A stretch of DNA of 64,000 nucleotides, taken from IMG/VR virus record IMGVR_UViG_3300047311_000323, positions 134,397 through 198,396 of that record; one strand, given 5' to 3'. Shown in pieces: positions 63,927-64,000 of the stretch. The position numbers were made by a program, and so were the translations under genes. Source of the DNA: a virus. Within the stretch, counting starts at the first letter, position 1, and every line of letters begins with the position of its first letter. Below the pieces are notes generated by a model. That model was given only the letters and a program-made list of their open reading frames with translations, had not been told where the DNA came from and made no database searches.

Positions 63927-64000
63927 TGGTGAGCCGTACGGGTATCGATCCCGTTTTTCCTGGGTGAAAGCCAAGTGTCCTAGCCAGTAGACGAACAGCC
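63927..64000 (-). tRNA. tRNA-Glu(UUC), 5' end cut by the window edge
   Basis: CT-TTC-AC loop, atypical T-loop ATCGATA, CCA. Confidence 0.85.

Noticed and set aside
1-64000. Genome-wide TAG reassignment (genetic code 15)
   Set aside because: Standard-code ORFs are long and tile the window densely. I found only two in-frame TAGs, both at gene 5' ends. Other parts of the genome could differ.
1-64000. Bacterial chromosome or eukaryotic giant virus origin
   Set aside because: Housekeeping genes are isolated singletons without their usual operons and are mixed with rIIA/rIIB, Rnl/Pnk and many short unknown ORFs. Promoters and SD sites are bacterial-type.

Overview
This window is a gene-dense, mostly minus-strand segment of a large (jumbo/huge) tailed phage genome. 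The phage call rests on rIIA/rIIB, three RNA ligases, two PNKP-type enzymes, many short unknown ORFs and tRNA arrays. No capsid, terminase or polymerase gene lies in the window. It carries a large translation and RNA-repair kit: 13 tRNA genes (one cut off by the window edge) plus one tRNA-like gene, tmRNA, IF3, TyrRS, TrpRS, Thg1-like, Pth2-like, HD-domain and RlaP/YcgL-like nucleotidyltransferase genes. It also carries host-takeover and metabolic genes (ClpP plus a ClpR-like partner, DksA/TraR, HU-like, Dps-like, IscU, two IscA, NadA, PurA, thioredoxin), an approximately 11 kb sugar-modification island, and two MoxR-type AAA+ ATPases with a DUF2201/VWA partner. The most striking signal is a candidate amber-gated module. 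Two adjacent genes (HD-domain and Pth2-like) each have an in-frame TAG at codon 5 or 4 in the same CTA-TAG context, upstream of two tRNAs with CUA anticodons, while TAG is almost unused as a stop elsewhere. Further unexplained patterns are a shared C-terminal motif in six unrelated proteins, a shared N-terminal KIA..QQ..LAQ motif, pervasive leaderless-type promoters, a tRNA with a 55-nt D-loop, and a complete four-anticodon tRNA-Thr array. All family calls come from motif recognition by eye; no database search was run.
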